Below are positions 1 through 8,255 of a DNA stretch of 20,000 nt, one piece after another. Source of the stretch: an uncultured virus (IMG/VR IMGVR_UViG_3300027728_000010) (taxonomy: Duplodnaviria; Heunggongvirae; Uroviricota; Caudoviricetes). Position 1 is the stretch's first letter; the number at the start of each line of letters is the position of its first letter. Location of the stretch: IMG/VR virus record IMGVR_UViG_3300027728_000010; one strand, given 5' to 3'. The position numbers and the translations under genes were made by a program. Below the pieces are notes generated by a model. It worked only from the letters and a program-made list of their open reading frames with translations, searched no databases and was not told the DNA's origin.

Positions 1-11
1 ATAAACTAACA

Positions 12-524
12 ATGGACGAACTTATTTCTTTGAGAAATAAAATTGAAGGACTTATTCATTCATATGAAGATGGATATTTATATATCTGTTCTGTCCGTCA
101 GTTTGGTAGTGTGTGGGAAGAACGACCAAGTAGTTTATATTCTTTAAGGGAATTGTGTGATTCTTATTACGGGGACAACGGTATTGTTGATGTCTACACC
201 AATAACCCAAATTTTGAATTTCCTGAAATGGAGTTCTACAATTATGGTGATGTTATGTATATTAAATCTGAGGATGATTACAGAGAGTGGATTAAACACA
301 TTAAGGCTAAAAATCTTATTGAAGATGTAACACAACGACTTGATGAGTGGGATAAAAGTAAAGATAAACCATTTCAATACCGACCATCTTTTGCACCACA
401 TTGGACAAGAGAAGATGTTAGTGAATGGATTGAGGAGTTTGAAAATACCAAGTGGGATTTTGTTGAACCAAGGTCAATGAAGAAAGAATATTCTGAAGAA
501 GATAGTGACGAATATAAAAAATAA
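12..524 (+). CDS. hypothetical phage protein (170 aa, acidic)
   Basis: Open ORF with A-rich upstream context; first of a tightly packed co-oriented run; no recognisable motif. Confidence 0.85.
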   Translation: MDELISLRNKIEGLIHSYEDGYLYICSVRQFGSVWEERPSSLYSLRELCDSYYGDNGIVDVYTNNPNFEFPEMEFYNYGDVMYIKSEDDYREWIKHIKAKNLIEDVTQRLDEWDKSKDKPFQYRPSFAPHWTREDVSEWIEEFENTKWDFVEPRSMKKEYSEEDSDEYKK

Positions 525-529
525 TAAAA

Positions 530-748
530 ATGAAAAAGTTTAGATTACCAAGAAAGACAAAAAAGAAATTAAAACAAGATTTTTTTACTTATCCAAAAAG
601 TGAAAGAAATACTTATTTGGTTGCTTGGCCATATAAATACGAGGAAGATTATATTGCATACAAAAAAGGATTGTTAAGAGGTTTAAAAGAAGAATCAAAA
701 AAAAGATTAAAAGATGAAAGAAAGGGAGATAATTTACGGAGTATGTGA
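530..748 (+). CDS. small basic hypothetical protein (RLPRKxKKKLK N-terminus)
   Basis: Starts 5 nt after the previous stop; Lys/Arg-rich N-terminus of a type common in phage hypothetical proteins. Confidence 0.75.
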   Translation: MKKFRLPRKTKKKLKQDFFTYPKSERNTYLVAWPYKYEEDYIAYKKGLLRGLKEESKKRLKDERKGDNLRSM

Positions 749-935
749 CAAGACAGGGTCTTGTGACTCATATTTTGGATTTTTTAAAAAAGAAAAATAC
801 GCAATCAAAGAATTACACATACAAGTTTCAAGAATGAAAGAAGATTTAGGTATGATTGATATAATTATAGAAAATAACCAAGCGGTTTTTAAAAATAAAA
901 AAGTTATTACAATACACAGTTTTCTTTTAAGATGA
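714..935 (+). CDS. hypothetical protein (73 aa)
   Basis: Overlaps upstream gene; ATGA overlap with the next gene. Confidence 0.75.
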   Translation: MKEREIIYGVCDKTGSCDSYFGFFKKEKYAIKELHIQVSRMKEDLGMIDIIIENNQAVFKNKKVITIHSFLLR

Positions 936-1117
936 AAAAAGATGTTTTAGTTCGTTTTGCCAACGACAATGTTTATTATACTAAAATTAGTTTAGATGTG
1001 ACAAAAATAAAAGAACCGATGGTTTTTCCAAGTGAAGTTTTTTTTACCATTGATGACATTAGAATTGCCGTAAAAAGAGATGATTGGGAAGAAATAAAAA
1101 AAGAATTAACAACATAA
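932..1117 (+). CDS. hypothetical protein (61 aa)
   Basis: ATGA coupling with upstream ORF. Confidence 0.75.
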   Translation: MKKDVLVRFANDNVYYTKISLDVTKIKEPMVFPSEVFFTIDDIRIAVKRDDWEEIKKELTT

Positions 1118-1253
1118 AAAAATATTAATAGAACAGGAAGGTAAAATTTACAAAACAGTAATAACAAATCCTACACTTAAAGATAATTTATATTATAATT
1201 GTATTGTACACCCTGGTCATTAAAAATGAAATTAAAAGAACAATTATTAGAAA

Positions 1254-1457
1254 ATGAAAATATTAATTAAACTAAATTTTTTACTGTTATTATTTCTTAT
1301 AGTATTAACTTCTTGTAGGTCAAAAAAGAATGCAGGTTGTGATGCTTATTCGGAGTATATAATAAGCGAAGATTCAACAGTTGTTAGAGTATATCACTAC
1401 CATATTGAAGAACAAAAAAAATGTTACTACAAAGTAGAAACGGTTCAAATTAAATAG
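1254..1457 (+). CDS. small lipoprotein (signal peptidase II substrate)
   Basis: Basic N-terminus MKILIK, hydrophobic stretch, lipobox LTS-C, then RSKKNAGCDAY. Confidence 0.75.
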   Translation: MKILIKLNFLLLLFLIVLTSCRSKKNAGCDAYSEYIISEDSTVVRVYHYHIEEQKKCYYKVETVQIK

Positions 1458-1458
1458 T

Positions 1459-1770
1459 ATGAAAAGACAACAAGTAAAAGTATTTTTTATAAAGGACGAA
1501 CCTTATTTCGCTTCTGATGAAAATGTAAAAATTGGAGATTTTGCAATAGTTACAGTTTCAGATGAATTTCCAACTTTAGTTGAATGTGCTAACGAATTTC
1601 AAATTGACCTATTTCAAAAACCAACTTTGAGTTCAACAAAAAGATATAAAGTATTATTTAAACCAAATCAAATTGAAACTTCCGTTGAAGAGTTAAAACT
1701 TATGACAGAAGAATCAAAAATAATAGAAATAGAACACGACGAAAATTCAGTTTTAAACATTGTAAAATGA
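1459..1770 (+). CDS. hypothetical protein (103 aa)
   Basis: Starts 1 nt after the previous stop; ATGA overlap downstream. Confidence 0.8.
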   Translation: MKRQQVKVFFIKDEPYFASDENVKIGDFAIVTVSDEFPTLVECANEFQIDLFQKPTLSSTKRYKVLFKPNQIETSVEELKLMTEESKIIEIEHDENSVLNIVK

Positions 1771-2126
1771 AATTAATCGTACCAATTAAAAACTTTGTAA
1801 AAGAGTTTTATGTTGTTAAATACGAACCAATAAGAAGTATCATTATCATATCAGATACAAATGAAGGGAGTTTGGGAGGAACCCCAAATACTATATGGTT
1901 AGGTAAATTTAAAAGTAAAAATGTCATTTTAGCGTGGGGAAACATCAAAGAGATTGTTGGTGTCGATTATCACCACAAAGATTATGTTAATGATTTAACT
2001 GAACTTTTTTCAAACGTTTATAGAAATAAAATCACAAGAGAATTTTTTGAAACATTAATTGAAAGTAATCTACCTGTTGAATTTTCAATTAAAGAAGTTT
2101 TAGAATATTTTCCAAATTTAGAATAA
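1767..2126 (+). CDS. hypothetical protein (119 aa)
   Basis: Coupled ORF in the same run. Confidence 0.8.
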   Translation: MKLIVPIKNFVKEFYVVKYEPIRSIIIISDTNEGSLGGTPNTIWLGKFKSKNVILAWGNIKEIVGVDYHHKDYVNDLTELFSNVYRNKITREFFETLIESNLPVEFSIKEVLEYFPNLE

Positions 2127-2127
2127 T

Positions 2128-2481
2128 ATGTCGCATCCAATTTTACACGCAAAAAGTTCTGCCAAAAAGTTTGGTGGAAAATGGGAAGATTACATTCATC
2201 TTCACAACTGGCTAGATGGTACTAAGTCGTGGTATGGTCATTCATTTCACAGGATGTGGAGACACCACTCAGAAGGTATATTTGAGATGGAACAAAGGTT
2301 TGGTCCCGAGTTCAAAAATAGTGACGGGAAAACCGTTTATACTCGTTACGTTGGAGAACAACACGTAAGAGAAGACTGTGATGGATACATACCAACAGCA
2401 AAAGAATGGTTCACAATTGTTGAAAATAAACAAAGACCCACATGGGCAACAAGAACTCAGAAGTTAGAGTTTGAAGATTAG
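2128..2481 (+). CDS. DUF6915-like His-rich protein
   Basis: Motifs HPxxHAxSSAKKFGG, DYIHLHNWLD, HRMWRHHSEGIF and GEQHVREDC match my recollection of the DUF6915 family. Confidence 0.75.
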   Translation: MSHPILHAKSSAKKFGGKWEDYIHLHNWLDGTKSWYGHSFHRMWRHHSEGIFEMEQRFGPEFKNSDGKTVYTRYVGEQHVREDCDGYIPTAKEWFTIVENKQRPTWATRTQKLEFED

Positions 2482-2483
2482 AG

Positions 2484-2491
2484 TATTTATA
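2484..2491 (+). promoter_or_regulatory. putative phage late promoter element TATTTAT(A)
   Basis: TATTTAT ends 5 nt before ATG 2496; same motif recurs before 5993, 7440, 14825, 17924 and 19569. Confidence 0.55.
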
Positions 2492-2495
2492 TTAT

Positions 2496-3188
2496 ATGGA
2501 ACTTTCAGACCAACTAAAAAAAGAATTAAAAAAGTATTGTTTATTACTTCACGCCTATAGTGACACTTCTTGGACTATTTCCCTTTGGTTTGAGGCCGAT
2601 GATGACTATATTGATAGATTTGATAATAAAATTGTTTTTCACAACCATCGGACAAATCAAAAAATGGATGTTCCTCCAATCATAGAAAACTTTTTAGAAG
2701 ATTTAAGAAGTAATCTTAATTTTGACGAAATATATGAAATATGGTCCGGTGAAAACTATTGTAGAGGGTATTTGATTTTCAAGTTTGAACCTGAAGATGA
2801 ACTTTTTGAACTTGTTATTGATTTTGAAGTAGAAAAAGTTGACGACTATACTTTTAATAATGAAATAGACGATTTTGAATTGACAGAAGAAAATAAAACT
2901 TATATCGATAATGCTATTGAAAACAACGTCGTAAGTAATGTAACTTTTGATGGTGGAGGTGATAGTGGTTATATTGAAAGTGTAGATTCAGAAGATAGAG
3001 AAGTTCCAAAGTTCATATTAGATATTTTATATGAAATTTTGGAAAACAATGTTGGTGGTTGGGAAATTAATGAAGGAAGTGCGGGTGAATTTGAAATTGA
3101 TTATGAAGCAAATACAATTTTTACTAAAGTATCTATTTTTGGTTCAGAGTTTCAAGAAATAAATTATAAAGAGTTTGATTTGAATTAA
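2496..3188 (+). CDS. acidic protein with C-terminal DUF6878-like domain, paralog 1
   Basis: FDGGGDSGYIE ... GGWEINEGSAGEFEID motif pair. Confidence 0.7.
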   Translation: MELSDQLKKELKKYCLLLHAYSDTSWTISLWFEADDDYIDRFDNKIVFHNHRTNQKMDVPPIIENFLEDLRSNLNFDEIYEIWSGENYCRGYLIFKFEPEDELFELVIDFEVEKVDDYTFNNEIDDFELTEENKTYIDNAIENNVVSNVTFDGGGDSGYIESVDSEDREVPKFILDILYEILENNVGGWEINEGSAGEFEIDYEANTIFTKVSIFGSEFQEINYKEFDLN

Positions 3189-3190
3189 AA

Positions 3191-3925
3191 ATGAATGAAT
3201 TTAAAATTAGTGAAGAATTAAAAAAAGAATTAATAAAATTTAATCTTTATTGTGAAGCCACAATTGATGAAAGATTAATATCTTGGCAGTTATCGTTTGC
3301 TGATGGTGGTGATATGTGGGAGGATGGGCCTAATATTCCCCCAGCGCTTTATGGTTATGACAATGAAAGTAAACCAATTAAAACTTTATCAGATTTTGTA
3401 AGTGAACTTTTTGAAAGAATTCCTTTAGATGATTACACAGATTGTGACGATTGTTTGGGGTATGGGTCTGTTGATGTAACTTATGACCACTTTAATTTTT
3501 TATTTAATGTAAAAGTTTATTCAACTCAAAGAAAAGAACATTTATATGAAAAAAACAAAACTTTCAATGAAGTTGTTAATGACCAACCAATGTTCAATTG
3601 GGGAAATACAAATTATAAATATAAAAAATTAAACGACGATGAGTTTGTTGAAAGTTTAATTGAAGATGGTGATGGTACTGATGATTACGAAATAACATAT
3701 AACGGATATGGTGATAGTGGAGCTTTAGATGATAATAATCTACCGGCATCAATTGAAGATATTGCTTATGAATTAATAGATTTATATTTTTCAGGGTGGG
3801 AGAATAATGAAGGTTCTGATGGTACAATTTATTTGGATTTAGAAAATAAAAAGTTTTCAATACAACATGTTTATTATGATGAAGAATCCGTTTTGGAATC
3901 AAATTTTAAAGTAAAAATAGTTTAA
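3191..3925 (+). CDS. acidic protein with C-terminal DUF6878-like domain, paralog 2
   Basis: YNGYGDSGAL ... SGWENNEGSDGTIYLD; N-terminus ISEELKKEL matches LSDQLKKEL of the upstream paralog. Confidence 0.7.
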   Translation: MNEFKISEELKKELIKFNLYCEATIDERLISWQLSFADGGDMWEDGPNIPPALYGYDNESKPIKTLSDFVSELFERIPLDDYTDCDDCLGYGSVDVTYDHFNFLFNVKVYSTQRKEHLYEKNKTFNEVVNDQPMFNWGNTNYKYKKLNDDEFVESLIEDGDGTDDYEITYNGYGDSGALDDNNLPASIEDIAYELIDLYFSGWENNEGSDGTIYLDLENKKFSIQHVYYDEESVLESNFKVKIV

Positions 3926-4836
3926 TGGACAAATTAAATGAAAATATAAATAGAATTAAACAATTAATGTCATTAATTGAAAATGAACAATTGTCATTTA
4001 ATTTTGACGAAGAGCCAACAGACTCCTCAAAACCTGAAGAAAATAAGACACGACAAATATCTACAAACTCAGATGAGTTTACTAAAAAGTATAAAGAAAA
4101 AGTATATTACATATTAAAAGATTTATATCAATCTAACTGGGATAGTGATAAAAGTAGAGGTCCTCGTGGCGGTGGTGGTGTTGTTGATGTTTATACGGTT
4201 TATGATTTATTAAAAGAAAAAGGTTTGGACGATTATGACCCTGAAGGTAGCAATTGGTCGATATTAAATTACTTTGATACTAATCCAATGGTTAGAAAAA
4301 CCATTATTGATTTATATAAGTATGAAACTGGAAATGTTATCAATAATGAAGAAACTATGAATGACTTTATTAAATGGATGTCAAGAAATAGAAATAAGAT
4401 ATTCAAAGAAGGACCATTTTTAAAAACACTTATTGAATTGAATACTGAATCACTATATCAAGGTGAGTTGAATGAAAGAAGGGCTTATCAATATCTAACA
4501 AAAATAATAGAAAACTTACCGGGTTGGAAGTTGAAGGGACGTTCAGTTCCTGGTTCAAAATCAGATAGAGATGGTATTGATTTTGTAATGGAAAAAGAAA
4601 ATTCAGATAAGATTGCTAAATTCCAAGCAAAACCTTTAAATAGTATAGAAAGGGTTGGTAATTTTTATAAAGTAAAAAGTTACAATATAAAAAACATTGA
4701 TAAAAAACCCGTAGACTATTTTGTTTTTGCTTCAAGTGAAAATGACAATATTTATATATTTAGAAATAATATTGATAAATACGTAATCTTAGATAACGAC
4801 ACAATCCAATTTGAGGAAGCACCAATTAAGTTTTAA
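3925..4836 (+). CDS. leader-bearing protein with putative C-terminal PD-(D/E)xK nuclease-like domain
   Basis: Leader MDKLNENINRIKQLM; C-terminal GELNE...DRDGIDF...KFQAKP resembles restriction-fold catalytic motif spacing. Confidence 0.55.
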   Translation: MDKLNENINRIKQLMSLIENEQLSFNFDEEPTDSSKPEENKTRQISTNSDEFTKKYKEKVYYILKDLYQSNWDSDKSRGPRGGGGVVDVYTVYDLLKEKGLDDYDPEGSNWSILNYFDTNPMVRKTIIDLYKYETGNVINNEETMNDFIKWMSRNRNKIFKEGPFLKTLIELNTESLYQGELNERRAYQYLTKIIENLPGWKLKGRSVPGSKSDRDGIDFVMEKENSDKIAKFQAKPLNSIERVGNFYKVKSYNIKNIDKKPVDYFVFASSENDNIYIFRNNIDKYVILDNDTIQFEEAPIKF

Positions 4837-4838
4837 TT

Positions 4839-5963
4839 ATGAGTTTAGAAGTTGCAAAAGATTTAGTAGAAAAATTTAATAATGGTGATTATGAAGATGA
4901 AATCGAGTCGTATTTCAATACCTTGATGAATTTTTTCAAATTTATTAAAAAATATGGTTTATTAGATGAACTTGATTTAGGACAAATACCATCAAGAGAG
5001 TTTGATGATGAACATTTTTCTTTTTTAACTGAAAATGGTGTTGTATCAAACATGAATTATGATAGTATGCCAGAAGGATTCAAAAATCACTTTTTACTAT
5101 ATGGTTTAGAAAACAACTATGAAGGCACAATGTGGTTTATTACAAATAATCTTATTACTGATGTAATTATTAAACCTGACGGGTTTTATCTTAGTTTAAG
5201 AGATAGAGAAGAACTGGAGATTTTATTTTGTGGTAATAGACGAGGTGAAGGTGCAAGATATGTTGCAAAAATTGTTTTAAGTGAAGATGGTTTAGACCAT
5301 GAATGGTATTATGACAATAGTGTAAGCCCACATCAAGTTGTTGATGAATTGGATGATACTAACATCACAACACTTAAAGATATTATTTTTAAAGAAATCG
5401 GAGATATAGAATTATCTTTAGAAGATTACAACTCTGATTTTTTTGAAGAACTTTCTGAAGAACAAGGAACTGAAGGTTATTTTAGAATTAGAGCTCAGGA
5501 CTTAAATGGTTTAGTAAATGATGAAGGTGCGTTTAACGAGTTATGTAAAAATGATTTGGATGATTTAGGTTCTAATTTAAAAAGTTTATATTGGAACTCT
5601 GAAAATAGTGCATATGAAGATGAGGTGTATGATTTAGTATATGATGGTTTAGATGAATACTTTGAAGGTAGAATTGATGATGTTCCAAGAGAGGTTACTA
5701 GAACTGATGGGTCTAAAGTAACTAGATATGATAGTTACATAAAAATCAGAAATTACCAAAACATAATTAAAACATTTTTAGAGAATAATAAAGGAGAAAC
5801 ATATAGTGATTCTCATTTAGAATATTATGGTGGTTTAACTTCGTTAATGGTTGGTATGATGAATAACGATGATATTGATTGTATTGATTTTAGAGTTCCT
5901 GAATATCCTGATTGGGATAGAACAACAAAAAACATAAATGAATTGTTTCACGATTATATTTAG
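4839..5963 (+). CDS. hypothetical highly acidic protein (374 aa)
   Basis: Long ORF rich in D/E/Y; no recognised family. Confidence 0.85.
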   Translation: MSLEVAKDLVEKFNNGDYEDEIESYFNTLMNFFKFIKKYGLLDELDLGQIPSREFDDEHFSFLTENGVVSNMNYDSMPEGFKNHFLLYGLENNYEGTMWFITNNLITDVIIKPDGFYLSLRDREELEILFCGNRRGEGARYVAKIVLSEDGLDHEWYYDNSVSPHQVVDELDDTNITTLKDIIFKEIGDIELSLEDYNSDFFEELSEEQGTEGYFRIRAQDLNGLVNDEGAFNELCKNDLDDLGSNLKSLYWNSENSAYEDEVYDLVYDGLDEYFEGRIDDVPREVTRTDGSKVTRYDSYIKIRNYQNIIKTFLENNKGETYSDSHLEYYGGLTSLMVGMMNNDDIDCIDFRVPEYPDWDRTTKNINELFHDYI

Positions 5964-5972
5964 AATATAAAA

Positions 5973-5984
5973 TATTTATTTATA
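5973..5984 (+). promoter_or_regulatory. putative late promoter, overlapping double TATTTAT
   Basis: TATTTATTTATA in the short intergenic gap before ATG 5993. Confidence 0.5.
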
Positions 5985-5992
5985 TTAAATTT

Positions 5993-7021
5993 ATGAGCAA
6001 CTTATATTACAACACCGCAGAAGAAAAAATGATGATTGTGGAATCATTATTAAAAGAAAATGAAGATAAAGAACTTCAAAGAATAATGGATAGAGAATTT
6101 CAAAAATTGAAACCAATTCCGTTAGACATGTTTGCGGCACAAGCTGCAATATCTAATATTATTCAAGCTGAAGTATCAAGGGGTACTGTAAATTATAATA
6201 GGTCAGCGACTGGTCTGATGTCATTAGATTTACAAAACGTAACAATTAGAAATAAATTTAGGTTGGACAATTACTACAAAAGATTTTATAAGTCAAGACA
6301 CAGAGGTTTTGATTTTGAAGGACTTATTGCGGGTTTTTTAGATGCTGAAATATCTGAAAATAAAAATTCGGCTTACGATATTGTACCACCAAATGGTGAG
6401 TTAATTTCTTGTAAAACGGTTAGAAACACTAGTGAATCAATAGTTTTAAAATCTGTGAAAACACAAATGAAACAATACTATGATATGTATAATGGACCCG
6501 AAGAGTATAAAAAACATTTAGAAGCGATATTGAGTTCAACTAACCCCATCAGCGAATTAGTAGATTCTGAAATTCCTGATTATATTGATATTGCAGAAGA
6601 AATTATTGACAAAGCTCTTTCAGAAGTTGATGGCATGTTATTAGGAGTCCCAATGCAAGACAACAAAATTAAAATGTATTATTTTAATAAAGAAAAGTTA
6701 ATTGAGTTGGCACTTACTCCTGATATGATTAAAGAACCAAAAAGTAAGGGTTCAATACAGATTAGGTATTCTTCAAAAATATTTTCAAACCCAACAATCA
6801 GTGGGGAAATAGTATTTCCAAATCTAACAAATCAAGAATATAAAGAATTTTTTTTAGGTGATGAAGCAACAAAAAAAGTAGAAGATACACTAAATAATTT
6901 TGGAGCTAAATATGGCGTTAGAAATTTAGGTAGACAATTACCACAAGACATTATCAAAGATTTGGCTAAAAGTGAAAGATTTATAACTGACATGGATTTT
7001 ATTTTAGGTAAACAAGAATGA
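5993..7021 (+). CDS. putative PD-(D/E)xK restriction-endonuclease-fold protein
   Basis: RGFDFEGLIAG...SAYDIV...ELISCKT motif order; N-terminal IVE/LLKE motifs. Confidence 0.55.
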   Translation: MSNLYYNTAEEKMMIVESLLKENEDKELQRIMDREFQKLKPIPLDMFAAQAAISNIIQAEVSRGTVNYNRSATGLMSLDLQNVTIRNKFRLDNYYKRFYKSRHRGFDFEGLIAGFLDAEISENKNSAYDIVPPNGELISCKTVRNTSESIVLKSVKTQMKQYYDMYNGPEEYKKHLEAILSSTNPISELVDSEIPDYIDIAEEIIDKALSEVDGMLLGVPMQDNKIKMYYFNKEKLIELALTPDMIKEPKSKGSIQIRYSSKIFSNPTISGEIVFPNLTNQEYKEFFLGDEATKKVEDTLNNFGAKYGVRNLGRQLPQDIIKDLAKSERFITDMDFILGKQE

Positions 7022-7052
7022 ATATTTTAATAAAAGAAATTTAGATTAATTG

Positions 7053-7084
7053 TTTGATTAATTAAAATATCTTTTTTATATTTG
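7053..7084 (+). promoter_or_regulatory. Bacteroidota-type primary sigma promoter
   Basis: TTTG at 7053-7056, 20-nt spacer, TATATTTG at 7077-7084 (consensus TTTG...TAnnTTTG). Confidence 0.7.
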
Positions 7085-7120
7085 TACTATTATTAATCAT
7101 TTTAAAATAAACAAAAAATT

Positions 7121-7369
7121 ATGGCAACAAAATCAGGAAACAAAGGACGTTACATTTGCAAAGTTGGATTCTTTGACATCTATGCTAAAGACACATTGAA
7201 ACCAAAAAAAGAAAGTAAATATAAGTTTGTTAAGGGAGATGTTAAGTCAACTGAGTATGTTGTGTATCATGCAAAAAAAATTACCGAGCAAGGTTTAAAG
7301 ACTAAAGACTTAGCAGTTGCTAAGGCCATTGAGCTATTAGGTTCAAAGGCAGTTTTATATAGTCTTTAA
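7121..7369 (+). CDS. small basic hypothetical protein (82 aa), monocistronic
   Basis: Flanked by its own host-type promoter and a terminator; A-rich translation initiation region. Confidence 0.85.
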   Translation: MATKSGNKGRYICKVGFFDIYAKDTLKPKKESKYKFVKGDVKSTEYVVYHAKKITEQGLKTKDLAVAKAIELLGSKAVLYSL

Positions 7370-7392
7370 TATCTCGTCACTATATAGTAAAT

Positions 7393-7417
7393 AAGTCAGG
7401 ATAACCTGACTTTTTTT
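7393..7417 (+). terminator. intrinsic terminator
   Basis: AAGTCAGG-ataa-CCTGACTT perfect stem followed by a T-run. Confidence 0.85.
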
Positions 7418-7427
7418 ATGCTTGAAA

Positions 7428-7435
7428 TATTTATA
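7428..7435 (+). promoter_or_regulatory. putative late promoter TATTTATA
   Basis: Directly after the terminator; TATTTAT ends 5 nt before ATG 7440, which begins the MKxxITE gene run. Confidence 0.6.
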
Positions 7436-7439
7436 AATT

Positions 7440-8255
7440 ATGAAAGTAGTTATTACAGAATCCCAGTTCAAATACTTGTTGGAAAACACGAGTCCTTGCC
7501 CTGAAGGAAAAAAAGAAAATGAACTTATTACCTTGGACCAAATTAAAGATGGTAAAATAATTGAAAAAGGTTATTGTAATAGTAGTGAAAGTTCCGCGAT
7601 TGTTAAAATTCAAAAATTATTACAAGATAAAAAATTGTTGGATACAAAAAGTAATAAAGGTTATTATGGTGATAAAACCCAAGAGGCTATTAAAAAACTA
7701 TGGGAACCTGAAACAGTTAAAGGTACGCAAATAGGTAAAAAGACATTAGAAAAATTAGAAGGAGAAAAAAAAGAAGAAGAAGAACCTAAGTCTGAAGAAA
7801 CAACAACATTTAGTGATTTGTCAGAAAAAAACAAAAAAATTGTTTGTACTCTTATAGGTGAAGCGGGAGGTGAATCAGATGCTTATAAAGGAATGCAGGC
7901 TGTTGCAAATGTTTTAAAAAATAGGGCAGACAATGATTTTATGGGTTATGGGTCTTCTGTTGAAAAACAGGCTTTAGCAAATAAACAATTTTCAATGTGG
8001 AATAAATATAATAGTGGTGGTGAAAAACTGCAAGACATTTATAACAAATATAAAAATCACAAACAAATGTCAAATGCAATATCAATTGCAAAAAGTATAG
8101 ATTCAATTAGTGATGTAACTGACGGAGCACAATTTTATTATGCCACATATGTAAAACCATATTGGTCTAAAGACACGGACACCACTAAATGGGTACCAAC
8201 CGTTACAATAGGAAATCATAAGTTCGGTAACGTGGTTAAGAAAAAGAAAAAATGA
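7440..8255 (+). CDS. cell wall hydrolase: leader + PG-binding domain + SleB-like (Hydrolase_2) catalytic domain
   Basis: VKIQKLL...GYYGDKTQEAIKKL (PG_binding_1-like); TLIGEAGGE, GMQAVANVLKNR, QFSMWN, GAQFYY, PYWS, IGNHKF (SleB family). Confidence 0.85.
   Translation: MKVVITESQFKYLLENTSPCPEGKKENELITLDQIKDGKIIEKGYCNSSESSAIVKIQKLLQDKKLLDTKSNKGYYGDKTQEAIKKLWEPETVKGTQIGKKTLEKLEGEKKEEEEPKSEETTTFSDLSEKNKKIVCTLIGEAGGESDAYKGMQAVANVLKNRADNDFMGYGSSVEKQALANKQFSMWNKYNSGGEKLQDIYNKYKNHKQMSNAISIAKSIDSISDVTDGAQFYYATYVKPYWSKDTDTTKWVPTVTIGNHKFGNVVKKKKK

Noticed and set aside
1226..1270. 14-aa ORF MKLKEQLLENENIN resembling an isolated leader
   Set aside because: Too short, overlaps the lipoprotein start, and is easily produced by chance in A-rich DNA
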